Shown here: piece after piece, positions 29,517-38,344 of the stretch
Numbering within the stretch: position 1 is the first letter of the stretch
How the letters are laid out: each line of letters begins with the position of its first letter
NCBI GenBank assembly: GCA_015233405.1
Contig: JADFXT010000001.1
Span: 105,386-169,385, forward strand
Length of the DNA: 64,000 nt
Source of the DNA: Candidatus Omnitrophota bacterium
GTDB lineage: Bacteria > Omnitrophota > Gorgyraeia > Zapsychrales > Zapsychraceae
Direction of reading: 5' to 3'
Translations under genes and position numbers: made by a program
Notes under the pieces: generated by a model
Database searches by the model: none
What the model was told of the DNA's origin: nothing
Seen by the model: the letters and a program-made list of their open reading frames with translations, nothing else

Positions 29517-29998
29517 AAATTTATGTTTTATCAGATACGCATTCCCGGGAAATCCCAAAATCCGTCGTCGCTGATTTAAAGAAAGCGGATTTGATCATTC
29601 ATGCGGGGGATTTTTGTTCGATCGAGGATTTAAATTTTTTAAAGAAATTTAGCAATCTTAAAGCGGTCCATGGAAATGTTGATGCGGCGGATTTAAAAGG
29701 GAGCCTCCCGCAAAAGGTTGTTCTTAAAGTGGAGGGATTGTCCATTGGGGTTTGTCATGGCGAAGGTCAGCCCTCAACGATATTAGAACATCTTCAGGAT
29801 GTTTTTTGCGTCGATAAAGTGGACATTGTGATTTTCGGGCATTCGCATTGTCCTTTTAATGAAAAAATTAAAGGTGTTTTATATTTTAATCCCGGTAGCG
29901 TGACGGATAAGGTCCGTTCTCCGTATCGATCGTATGGATTATTGGAGATCAAAGACGGCCGGGTCGTCGAGGCGCAGATCATTAAGGTGGAGGATTAA
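29513..29998 (+). CDS. YfcE/MJ0936-family metallophosphoesterase
   Basis: 161 aa; SDTH, HAGD, GNVD, GHSH motifs. Confidence 0.85.
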   Translation: MKIYVLSDTHSREIPKSVVADLKKADLIIHAGDFCSIEDLNFLKKFSNLKAVHGNVDAADLKGSLPQKVVLKVEGLSIGVCHGEGQPSTILEHLQDVFCVDKVDIVIFGHSHCPFNEKIKGVLYFNPGSVTDKVRSPYRSYGLLEIKDGRVVEAQIIKVED

Positions 29999-29999
29999 T

Positions 30000-30491
30000 A
30001 TGCAGCATCTTTGGGCACCATGGCGGGTAGGGTATATTACCGATGCGCAAAAACACAAGAAGGGCTGTGTGTTCTGCCGGATGCTTAAGGATAAGAAAGA
30101 TGAAAAAAGTCAGATATTGATTCGTCGCGAGTTTAGTTTTGTTGTCTTGAATATTTTTCCGTATAATAATGGGCATCTATTGATTTTGCCCAATCGTCAC
30201 GTCGATGATTTGAGCAAGTTAAGTCAGAAAGAGAAGCAGGAGCTTTGGGGCCTTCTTGAAGAAACCAAGGACCTGTTGGATAGAACGCTTAAACCGGCCG
30301 GATATAATATCGGGATTAATTTGGGAAGGATCGCCGGCGCCGGATTTCCGGGGCATCTTCATATTCATGTGGTTCCCCGATGGAACGGCGATGCGAATTT
30401 TATGCCGGTTGTCGCGCATACTAAAGTTATTTCTCAGTCTTTAAACGAATTGTATAAATTATTAAACGATGCGTACAAGAAAAGACATTGA
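30000..30491 (+). CDS. HIT family nucleotide hydrolase/phosphorylase
   Basis: Start MQHLWAPWRVGYI at ATG 30000; histidine triad HLHIHVVPR. The track ORF from 29934 overlaps the upstream gene and is not used. Confidence 0.85.
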   Translation: MQHLWAPWRVGYITDAQKHKKGCVFCRMLKDKKDEKSQILIRREFSFVVLNIFPYNNGHLLILPNRHVDDLSKLSQKEKQELWGLLEETKDLLDRTLKPAGYNIGINLGRIAGAGFPGHLHIHVVPRWNGDANFMPVVAHTKVISQSLNELYKLLNDAYKKRH

Positions 30492-31641
30492 GTTTTTCGA
30501 AGAGAAAAGCCTGGCGCCGTATGCCATGAAAAGCAAGGATTCCGCCGGACGGGAATTCTATGAGCCGCCGCATGACACCCGCACCTGCTATCAACGCGAC
30601 CGCGATCGGATCGTTCATTGCGAGGCGTTTCGTAAGCTCGAATATAAAACCCAAGTTTTTGGGATCTTTGAAGGCGATTATTATCGCACCCGGCTTACCC
30701 ATACTATTGAAGTGGCTCAAATCGCCAGAACCATCGGACGAAGTTTGTGTTTAAATGAAGATTTGATTGAAGCCATTGCTTTGGCGCACGACTTGGGCCA
30801 TCCGCCGTTCGGACATGCCGGTGAGGGGGCCCTCAATGCGATTATGCAAAAGCATAAAGTTGGGAGTTTTAACCATAATCTTCACAGTTATGAAATCGTG
30901 ACCGAGCAAGAAAAAAAATATCCGGATTTTGTCGGTCTTAATTTGACCGATGAGGTCTTGATCGGAATTTTAAAACACGAAACAGATTATGATAAAGGAA
31001 AGTCCATTTCTAAATATAAAAATAAAGGCCCGACCTTGGAAGCGCGGGCGGTTGACATCGCCGATGCGCTTGCGTATTTATCTCATGACATCGACGACGG
31101 TTTGACCTCGGGATGTATTACACCGGAGGATCTAAACCCCAGCGCCTTGTGGCAGAAAGCCTCGGAGCGTGTCCCGCAAGGATTGGATAAAGAGATGTTT
31201 AAATATCAAATTGTCCGCGCCCTGATCGATATTCAGGTTAAAGATCTGTTGGCTCAGTCTGAAAAAAATCTTAAACAACATCATTTTCGCTCGTCCCAGG
31301 AAATCAAAGATTATCATTTAAAACATAAAGACGCGTTCTTAATTGGATTTAGTCTGGAAATGAAAAATGAACGCGATAAGTTGCAGAAACTTTTACATAA
31401 AAAATTTTATGAACATTATCGCGTTGTTCGTATGACCGATAAAGCTCGACGGATCATCAATGATCTGTTTGCCGTGTACGCCGAAACACCCAAGCAATTA
31501 CCGTATACGGTTTATCCGCGGGACAGAAAATATACTAAGAAAATCAAATACGAGGTCATCTGTAATTATATCGCTTCGATGACCGACAGGTTCGCACTCG
31601 ATGAACACAAAAAACTCTTTGAGCCATACCAAAAAGTATAA
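30469..31641 (+). CDS. dGTPase-like deoxynucleoside triphosphate triphosphohydrolase (HD domain)
   Basis: 390 aa; RDRDRIVHCEAFRKLEYKTQV, RLTHTIEVAQI, AHDLGHPPFGH. Confidence 0.9.
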   Translation: MRTRKDIEFFEEKSLAPYAMKSKDSAGREFYEPPHDTRTCYQRDRDRIVHCEAFRKLEYKTQVFGIFEGDYYRTRLTHTIEVAQIARTIGRSLCLNEDLIEAIALAHDLGHPPFGHAGEGALNAIMQKHKVGSFNHNLHSYEIVTEQEKKYPDFVGLNLTDEVLIGILKHETDYDKGKSISKYKNKGPTLEARAVDIADALAYLSHDIDDGLTSGCITPEDLNPSALWQKASERVPQGLDKEMFKYQIVRALIDIQVKDLLAQSEKNLKQHHFRSSQEIKDYHLKHKDAFLIGFSLEMKNERDKLQKLLHKKFYEHYRVVRMTDKARRIINDLFAVYAETPKQLPYTVYPRDRKYTKKIKYEVICNYIASMTDRFALDEHKKLFEPYQKV

Positions 31642-32677
31642 GCTGGTTCTCTCGGCGGTCCATATGGTCTATAGACTGGTCAATTCCACCTATAATGTCC
31701 AGGAGCTGAGTTTGCGTTTATGCCGTCTTGTCTGCCAGTTTATAAAAGCGGATATGTCGGCTGTTTATATTCTGGAACCGGGGAAGAACAAGCTGCTTTT
31801 GAAGGCTCTTTTTAACAATCAAATTAATATTCTCGTCAAAAAGAAGAAGGACCTAGAGGCGATCACCAAAGAGGAAAAGAAGGTTCTCGACGGATTTTGT
31901 ATCTTTGATTCTCATGTTCTCGGTTTGCCTTTAGTTGCGGATGAAAATGTGGGCGCAATTATTCTCTGGCGCAAGAAAAAAGATGCGCCGTTCTCGGATT
32001 CCGACCGGGAAATGCTCTCGGCGGTCAGTGAACAATCTGTCACGGCCATCAAAAATTTGCAGCTTTATCAAGAGCAACAAAATATTATTTTAGGAAGTAT
32101 TAAATTTATCGGAAAACTGTTAGAGCAGCAAGGCTATAAAAAACAGGGAGACCATCATACGCCGGTCCATTTTAAAATTGTTAAAAGTATTGCCGAGAAA
32201 GAGCATGTCTCGACGCAGAATGTTGAAAGTTTATACTATGCGAGCATTTTGCGCGATACCGGAGCGATCGATGTCCCGTATGATATTCTGTCCAAGACGA
32301 GCCAGTTAACGTCGGAAGAATTTCGGGTTATCAAAAGACAGCCGACGAGAAGCGCGGAGTTGATCCGGCCGGTCGCATTCTTAAAACCTGTTTTGCCGAT
32401 CATCCTTTATCGTCATGAAAAATATGATGGGACAGGTTATCCGTCGGGATTAAAGAAAGAACAAATTCCTTTAGGGGCGCGGATTATGGCTGTCGCGGAT
32501 GCTTTTGAAGCCATGACGGCACAGCGGACCTATAAAACGCGATTGTCCGTCGATGAAGCCATTGCGGAGATCAATCGTCATAGCGGAACCCAATTTGATC
32601 CTAAAATTGTGGATATTTTTATCAAGCTGTCCAAACAAAAAAAATTCAGAAATATCTTGAGTTTAACCCATAAATAA
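31601..32677 (+). CDS. GAF domain + degenerate HD-GYP domain protein
   Basis: GYP motif EKYDGTGYPSGL is present, but the HD dyad reads RD (LRDTGA) and HHE reads RHE. An alternative start is ATG 31664. Confidence 0.82.
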   Translation: MNTKNSLSHTKKYKLVLSAVHMVYRLVNSTYNVQELSLRLCRLVCQFIKADMSAVYILEPGKNKLLLKALFNNQINILVKKKKDLEAITKEEKKVLDGFCIFDSHVLGLPLVADENVGAIILWRKKKDAPFSDSDREMLSAVSEQSVTAIKNLQLYQEQQNIILGSIKFIGKLLEQQGYKKQGDHHTPVHFKIVKSIAEKEHVSTQNVESLYYASILRDTGAIDVPYDILSKTSQLTSEEFRVIKRQPTRSAELIRPVAFLKPVLPIILYRHEKYDGTGYPSGLKKEQIPLGARIMAVADAFEAMTAQRTYKTRLSVDEAIAEINRHSGTQFDPKIVDIFIKLSKQKKFRNILSLTHK

Positions 32678-32693
32678 ACTTATAATAAATTTT

Positions 32694-33341
32694 ATGAGAA
32701 ATACATATAATAAAGCTTCCCAACTTGAATTATTTTCAGCCACCATAGACAATCATGGCGCCAACGCTGTTAAGAAAACGCCATTATTTCATAATATTAA
32801 TTTAACGGTAGAGAACAGTGTTGTTGCGGGGATTATTATTCTTATGGCTTTAGTGCTGTTTTTTTCTTTAGGAATTGAAAGAGGAAAACAGCTCGCCTTG
32901 GTTACTACAGCTCCCCAGAAAATAGCGGTTGCAGAAGAACCGAAAAATGCTATAATTGCTCGCCCTCAAATCCTGCAAAGGTTTCCGGGTGCGGTTTCGG
33001 GCCAACAGGTCAAGAGACAGGCTCTTCCAGTGGAGAAGGCCGTCAACGTAAGAATTCCTCAGCCACAAAAAGTTTCTCCGGCTGTCGTTACGCCTCCACC
33101 GAAAGAACGCGACCTGCTTAATGATTATTATACGATCCAGGTCGCTTCTTATAAACAGAACGACAGGGCGCAGAAAGAGGCGTTGAAGATAAAAAATAGT
33201 TGGGGACATGAAACGTTTGTCGTCGTCAAAGGAAGTTATTCGATCGTGTGCCTTGGAAAATTTGTTAAGAGAGACGAAGCTAAATTACTTGCAGGTCGAT
33301 TAAAAGGAAAATACACGGATTATTTAATAAGGAGATTATAA
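32694..33341 (+). CDS. SPOR domain membrane protein
   Basis: 215 aa; one TM helix and a C-terminal SPOR-like YYTIQVASYKQNDRAQ...KGSYSIVCLGKF. Confidence 0.78.
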   Translation: MRNTYNKASQLELFSATIDNHGANAVKKTPLFHNINLTVENSVVAGIIILMALVLFFSLGIERGKQLALVTTAPQKIAVAEEPKNAIIARPQILQRFPGAVSGQQVKRQALPVEKAVNVRIPQPQKVSPAVVTPPPKERDLLNDYYTIQVASYKQNDRAQKEALKIKNSWGHETFVVVKGSYSIVCLGKFVKRDEAKLLAGRLKGKYTDYLIRRL

Positions 33342-33617
33342 ATGTCTATCCATCCATCGTTAAAAATTGATTCAGCTGGCGTTCAGCAAAGAAGCGTGTT
33401 GACACGCATTGAACGAATCAAAGGGTTAATGAAAAAAGGCGCTTGGTCTGAAAGTCAAGCTGTTGTTGGCCTGCCTAAAACAAAAATTCTCAAGATCAAA
33501 GCCAAAAAAGTTGTTAAAGAAAAAGAAGGCGAAGAAGGCGCAGCAGTAGGAGCTAAAGCTCCAGAAGCTGCCAAAGCAGCAGCCAAGCCAGCAGGAAAAC
33601 CAGCGGCGAAAGCATAA
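33342..33617 (+). CDS. small basic protein with Ala/Lys/Pro-rich tail
   Basis: 91 aa; the N-terminal MSIHPSLK...RSVLTRIERI..GLPKTK resembles the PVC-group 'small basic protein' family as I recall it. C-terminus is AKAPEAAKAAAKPAGKPAAKA. Confidence 0.6.
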   Translation: MSIHPSLKIDSAGVQQRSVLTRIERIKGLMKKGAWSESQAVVGLPKTKILKIKAKKVVKEKEGEEGAAVGAKAPEAAKAAAKPAGKPAAKA

Positions 33618-33652
33618 TAACTTCCACAGCCCAGTTGTTTTCTTCCCTCAAC

Positions 33653-34492
33653 ATGACTCTACGGAAAATAGGATTAGTCGTTATTTTTTCTTTTTGTCTT
33701 TGCTCGTTGTGCCTTGCAAAGCCAGAAGCATTCCCTTTTTTAGCTCAAGCCGTTAAAGATAAAGTCAATGTCCGCGCCGGAGAAAATGTCAATTTTGAGA
33801 AACTTTGTCAGATCAGTCCGACGGACAAAGTCCTTGTCGTAGGAAAAAATTACGCGTGGTATAAGATTGAGCTTCCTACCAGCTGTCCGATCTATATTAG
33901 TAAAAAATACATTCGGGAATGTGATGCTCATTTAGGGGAAGTGCTCGCCAAGGACGTTAATTTGCGCGCGAAGCCGAATATCAATGCGTCGGTCTTAGGA
34001 CGCGTAACATTAGGCGACAAGATTTATATTTTAGAGGAATCAGCGGATTGGTATAAGATTGAGCCGACACAGAAGACCTACGGCTGGGTCTCCGAGGATA
34101 TGCTTACCTTTCAGTCACAGAATGTTTCTTCTTATAAGGACAATAAGCAGTTGCCTCAAAAAATAAGAGAATATGAGGCCCAAAAGAGCTCGAATACCCC
34201 GCTGGCAAAAGAAACGCAAGAAAGTCATTTGACGGTTCAGAAAAAAGAAGAGCAAGAGACTTTTATAAAGACTGAAGGCATCTTAGAAAAACGCATGACC
34301 GCTGAGGCGGACCCTATCCAGTATCTTATCTCAGAGAACCATGTTCCTGCCTATTTTGTGGAAGGCCCCCAAGACATTATTCGGGAGTTTGTGAATCATC
34401 GGGTGACTGTCGAAGGCATGGTCAATTTTAAACTCAAAGAACAATATCCTTATCCGGTCTTGACCATCAAGAGGATACAGTTCGTCTTATAA
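33653..34492 (+). CDS. secreted bacterial SH3-domain protein
   Basis: Signal peptide MTLRKIGLVVIFSFCLCSLCLA, then two SH3b-like units (VNVRAGENVNF...AWYKIE; VNLRAKPNINA...DWYKIE). I prefer the ATG at 33653 to the TTG at 33635. Confidence 0.7.
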   Translation: MTLRKIGLVVIFSFCLCSLCLAKPEAFPFLAQAVKDKVNVRAGENVNFEKLCQISPTDKVLVVGKNYAWYKIELPTSCPIYISKKYIRECDAHLGEVLAKDVNLRAKPNINASVLGRVTLGDKIYILEESADWYKIEPTQKTYGWVSEDMLTFQSQNVSSYKDNKQLPQKIREYEAQKSSNTPLAKETQESHLTVQKKEEQETFIKTEGILEKRMTAEADPIQYLISENHVPAYFVEGPQDIIREFVNHRVTVEGMVNFKLKEQYPYPVLTIKRIQFVL

Positions 34493-34507
34493 TTCTCTCT
34501 TCATCTT

Positions 34508-35128
34508 ATGATTATTGATATCATTTTTATTGTTTGTATCATTTTCTTGTCGATCATCCTGCATGAATGTGCGCATGGGTGGGTGGCCTATCAATGCGGC
34601 GACCCGACGGCCAAATTAGCAGGACGTTTGACGCTTAATCCGTTAAAGCATATCGACCCCGTCGGTACGGTTTTGCTCCCCGGGATCCTTTTGGCACTGC
34701 GGTTCTTCGGATACCACACGTTTCTTTTTGGTTGGGCGAAGCCGGTGCCGGTCAATTTTTTTGCGCTTCGTCATCCTAAAAGGGACATGATCTCTGTCGG
34801 GTTCGCTGGTCCGGCGACAAATTTTATGATCGCTTTCTTCTGCATTTTTCTTTTAAAGCTCAATGTGTTTTCTAATGCCAAAGATATTCTGGAGATGACG
34901 ATCTTTTTTAATTTTCTCTTGGCGGTATTTAATTTGATCCCGATCCCGCCTTTGGACGGTTCTAGAATCGTTACAGGGCTTTTACCTCGGCCACTCGATT
35001 ATCGGTATGCCTCTTTGGAAAAATATGGTCTTTTGATCGTGTTTGCATTAATATATTTTGGATTACTTAATAGAACCATTTTCCCCATCGTTGATGCGCT
35101 GGGAAATTTCTTCGGAGTTAAATTTTAA
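34508..35128 (+). CDS. M50 site-2 protease family membrane metalloprotease
   Basis: 206 aa; HECAHGW (HExxH) within a polytopic protein, with a later NLIPIPPLDG motif. Confidence 0.85.
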   Translation: MIIDIIFIVCIIFLSIILHECAHGWVAYQCGDPTAKLAGRLTLNPLKHIDPVGTVLLPGILLALRFFGYHTFLFGWAKPVPVNFFALRHPKRDMISVGFAGPATNFMIAFFCIFLLKLNVFSNAKDILEMTIFFNFLLAVFNLIPIPPLDGSRIVTGLLPRPLDYRYASLEKYGLLIVFALIYFGLLNRTIFPIVDALGNFFGVKF

Positions 35129-36213
35129 TGCATATGATTCGTGTTTCCCTTAAAGACAGAAGCTATTCGATCATCGTCGGCAATAAGATCCTTGTCCAGT
35201 TGGGCGCACATCTTAAAACCTTAAAGATCGGCGATGATGCCATCATCATTACCAATCCAGTCATTGAAAAGCATTACGCCAAGCCGATCATTAATAGCTT
35301 GAAAAAAGAAGGCATGACGGCCAAAGTTTTCTCGGTTCCCGAAGGGGAAAAGAGCAAGTCCGTGCAGCAGGCCTTTGCCCTTATGACGAAAATAGCCCAG
35401 TATGATGTCTTAAAGAAGCCGTTCATTATTGCTTTAGGCGGAGGTGTGGTCGGAGATTTGGCTGGGTTTATTGCCGCTGCTTATAAACGAGGCATTCCTT
35501 ATGTTCAAGTGCCGACGACGCTTTTGGCACAGATTGATTCGGCGATTGGCGGCAAAGTGGCTGTTGACCTTGCCGCGGGCAAAAATCTCGTTGGAGCATT
35601 TTATCAGCCCAAATTGGTTTTTAGCGACGTGTCCGTTTTGTCGACGCTATCCAAACGGCAGATGCTGAATGGTTTTGCTGAGGCCGTTAAATATGGCATC
35701 ATTTATGATAAAAAACTTTTTAAGTATATTGCTTTAAATTATAAAAAGCTGTTGGCCTTTGACGCACACGCGCTTGATTTTGTCGTCTCAGCGTGCAGCC
35801 GGATCAAAGCTAAGGTCGTAAGTCAAGATGAGAGGGAAGCTAAGGGCATCCGTACCATTCTTAATTTCGGCCACACGGTTGGTCATGCCGTCGAAGCTGC
35901 TGCAGGATATGACGTTTATCATCACGGTGAAGCCGTGGCCTTAGGAATGCGCGTGGCGGCTTATATTTCTCAGGAAATGGGAATGCTAAGTATGGAGGAG
36001 GCTAAGACGATCAATCGACTTCTCTCGGACATAGGGCTGCCGGAAAAAATCGGCAAGATCCCTCTTAAAGATATTTTGAGAACCATGCAGCATGACAAGA
36101 AGTTCCTCTCCAAGAAAAACCGTTTTGTCCTGGCGACAGCCATCGGACAGGTAAAGGTCGTCGAGGGAATCCCGCTAGAAATCATTCAAAAAGCCATCAA
36201 GGCCTATAGGTAG
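35128..36213 (+). CDS. aroB: 3-dehydroquinate synthase
   Basis: 361 aa; GGGVVGDLAGFIAA, VQVPTTLLAQIDS, GHTVGHA. Confidence 0.95.
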   Translation: MHMIRVSLKDRSYSIIVGNKILVQLGAHLKTLKIGDDAIIITNPVIEKHYAKPIINSLKKEGMTAKVFSVPEGEKSKSVQQAFALMTKIAQYDVLKKPFIIALGGGVVGDLAGFIAAAYKRGIPYVQVPTTLLAQIDSAIGGKVAVDLAAGKNLVGAFYQPKLVFSDVSVLSTLSKRQMLNGFAEAVKYGIIYDKKLFKYIALNYKKLLAFDAHALDFVVSACSRIKAKVVSQDEREAKGIRTILNFGHTVGHAVEAAAGYDVYHHGEAVALGMRVAAYISQEMGMLSMEEAKTINRLLSDIGLPEKIGKIPLKDILRTMQHDKKFLSKKNRFVLATAIGQVKVVEGIPLEIIQKAIKAYR

Positions 36214-36214
36214 A

Positions 36215-36835
36215 TTAGTAAGATTGCCCGACCGAAAGGGTGATCGGTTTTCCGTCTATTTCAATAACAACCTTATCTTTAGAAATCTCCAGGATTTTCC
36301 CGCCATTTACTGTGTCGCCGATTTGATGAACTTTGTTATTAATGAGGGCGACTTTCTTCTCATCTAAAAGCATGATCCCGGATACGATAATAGAAGGCGC
36401 TGGGGCCGCGGCCTGCGGTTGAGCAACCTGGGCGACAGGTGCTTGCTCTACGGCTTGAGGTTGTGTGGCCTCCATAGTAGGCGCCGGTGTTGGGGTTGTT
36501 ACAGTTTGTGCAGCCGTTGTCGTTACCGGTTCTTGGGCCGGGGCCGCCGTTACTGTCATGGGGACAGGATTTACAGGCATCACTGCTGGTGTGACATGCA
36601 AATGTTCCGCTTGTATTTTGGGCGGAAGATGAGAAATATGGATGCTCAAAAGCAAAATAACAACGCAGGCAATTACTAATAATATCAAAGCAGTATTTTT
36701 TTTTGGATTTCCTGGATCAAGGTTTGGCCTTAGAGAAGGGTCCGGCGGCCTAGGATTCTTCAGCGTCGGAGTTTGATAATTAATGTCCTGCAAATTTTTC
36801 TGAGTTTTTCTTAAGGCGTCGTGGATGAAGCTCAT
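36215..36835 (-). CDS. GspB-like (type II secretion protein B family) membrane protein
   Basis: Start MSFIHDALRK (GspB-type N-terminus), one TM helix, a Pro/Thr/Ala/Gln-rich linker, and a C-terminal GIMLLDEKKVALINNKVHQIGDTV domain. The track ORF starts 8 codons earlier, inside exeA. Confidence 0.68.
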   Translation of the reverse strand: MSFIHDALRKTQKNLQDINYQTPTLKNPRPPDPSLRPNLDPGNPKKNTALILLVIACVVILLLSIHISHLPPKIQAEHLHVTPAVMPVNPVPMTVTAAPAQEPVTTTAAQTVTTPTPAPTMEATQPQAVEQAPVAQVAQPQAAAPAPSIIVSGIMLLDEKKVALINNKVHQIGDTVNGGKILEISKDKVVIEIDGKPITLSVGQSY

Positions 36836-36837
36836 GG

Positions 36838-37659
36838 TTAACAGATCTCCTTGATGCATTCGTAAATAAGTTCTTGGTCAAAGGTGTGGGCTTCTTTGGT
36901 AAATCCAGCCAAAAGAACGCGGTCACATAAGATGTTGATTTTGCGCGGGATCCCTCCGGAATATTGATAGATGACTTTTAACCCTTCCTCGGTAAAATGG
37001 CAGACGCCGTTTGGATGTTCTTCGGCGCTCGCGACTTTCAGGCGGTGATGGATATAAGAATCGATCTCGTGGTATTCCAAAGGTTTCATGTGATAACGCA
37101 CCGTCACGCGCTGGTCTAATTGTTTTAAAGAAGGCAGCTTCAACTTATCGACAAGCTCTGGTTGTCCGACCAAAATGATCTGCAACAATTTTTCCTTTTC
37201 CGTTTCGAGGTTCGATAAGAGACGGATCTGTTCGAGCTGCTGGGGTTTAAGGTTCTGTGCTTCATCGATAATGAGCGCAACATTATTCCCCAGATTGGAT
37301 TCTTCGATAAGGAACTGATTTAAGGCGTTAATGAGCGCGAATTTGTTACGATGTTCTCCTTTGATTCCCAGGTCTTTGAGGATGAGTTTTAAAAGCTGGA
37401 TATCTGAGAAGCTGGGGTTTAAGATCAAGGCGGTCTTTGTTTTATCATCAAGGCGGTTTAAAAGGGTGCGGCAAAGGGTGGTTTTGCCTGCGCCAATTTC
37501 ACCGGTAATGACCAAAATGCCTTTGCGCTGGCTGATGCCGTAGGCCAAATGAGAAAAAGCTTCAGAATGGCGGGCACTAAAGAAGAAAAAGTCCGGGTCT
37601 GAGGTAACGTTAAAAGGATTTTCTTTAAGATGGTAAAATGCTTTATACATTTGCCCCAA
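36838..37659 (-). CDS. ExeA/GspA-family AAA ATPase
   Basis: 273 aa; NPFNVTSDPDFFF, Walker A GEIGAGKTT, Walker B LIIDEAQNL. Confidence 0.85.
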   Translation of the reverse strand: MGQMYKAFYHLKENPFNVTSDPDFFFFSARHSEAFSHLAYGISQRKGILVITGEIGAGKTTLCRTLLNRLDDKTKTALILNPSFSDIQLLKLILKDLGIKGEHRNKFALINALNQFLIEESNLGNNVALIIDEAQNLKPQQLEQIRLLSNLETEKEKLLQIILVGQPELVDKLKLPSLKQLDQRVTVRYHMKPLEYHEIDSYIHHRLKVASAEEHPNGVCHFTEEGLKVIYQYSGGIPRKINILCDRVLLAGFTKEAHTFDQELIYECIKEIC

Positions 37660-37730
37660 TTATACCAGGTTCTTTGATAATGGCAAACGCTGATTTTTTG
37701 TAAAAATAAGTATTTTAAGAACAAAAACAA

Positions 37731-37758
37731 TTGTCACTCAATAATATTATGATATAAT
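37731..37758 (+). promoter_or_regulatory. sigma-70-like promoter candidate for the PilZ gene cluster
   Basis: TTGTCA (37731-37736), a 16-nt spacer, and an extended -10 TGATATAAT ending at 37758. The RBS GGGGGAG precedes ATG 37791. Confidence 0.45.
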
Positions 37759-37790
37759 GCACACGGTAAGACGGAAAAAGGGGGAGTTCA

Positions 37791-38147
37791 ATGGGATTTC
37801 GATTGGAAGATTTTCAGGAAAAAAGGACCAGTCCCAGGGTTCGTTTCCAGGACGCGGTTCAATTCGTCCTTAAGGACCCCACGCAATTTGGCGGAAGTTT
37901 GGGCTGTGATATCAGCGAAGGCGGAATGCGTCTTACGGTTAATAAATTTATTCCTTTAAATAGTGAAGTGACTTTGACGGTGCAGCTCGGGGCCGAATCT
38001 TCCATCGAGTGTGTCGGTCGGGTTGTCCGGATTCAGCAGATGCCTTTTTCCGAGAATTTTCAGTTAGGCCTAGAATTTGTCAAAGACGAATCTCAGGCGT
38101 ACATTCGTAAAGACATCCATCAGTATCTTAATCAAGTGATGTCTTAA
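37791..38147 (+). CDS. PilZ domain protein
   Basis: 118 aa; RxxxR (RTSPR) and DxSxxG (DISEGG) c-di-GMP binding motifs. Confidence 0.8.
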   Translation: MGFRLEDFQEKRTSPRVRFQDAVQFVLKDPTQFGGSLGCDISEGGMRLTVNKFIPLNSEVTLTVQLGAESSIECVGRVVRIQQMPFSENFQLGLEFVKDESQAYIRKDIHQYLNQVMS

Positions 38148-38180
38148 TTAATCAAAGCAGTTGAAAGGAGTTAGTGTTGT

Positions 38181-38342
38181 ATGGCAGAACAAGCAGAAGA
38201 AAAAGAGATTGGTAAGAATTGTGGTTCATGTAAAAAGCCGTTAAAAAGAGCCCGACGTTATTATCGTAACGGAGGTTATTTTTGCAACTTAAATTGCTTT
38301 AAGAAAAAAGAAGCTAAAGCGGCCAGCGAAGGCAAAGAATAA
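38181..38342 (+). CDS. small zinc-ribbon-like protein (hypothetical)
   Basis: Not in the track (53 aa). Hand translation MAEQAEEKEIGKNCGSCKKPLKRARRYYRNGGYFCNLNCFKKKEAKAASEGKE has CxxC...CxxxC. AGGAG lies upstream, and the gene is wedged between two PilZ genes. Confidence 0.5.
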   Translation: MAEQAEEKEIGKNCGSCKKPLKRARRYYRNGGYFCNLNCFKKKEAKAASEGKE

Positions 38343-38344
38343 TT

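Noticed and set aside
36211-36217. Convergent aroB and gspB-like stops only 1 nt apart with no terminator hairpin
   Set aside because: This is noted as a sign of genome compaction. No sequence element is present to annotate, and convergent abutting genes are common in small genomes.
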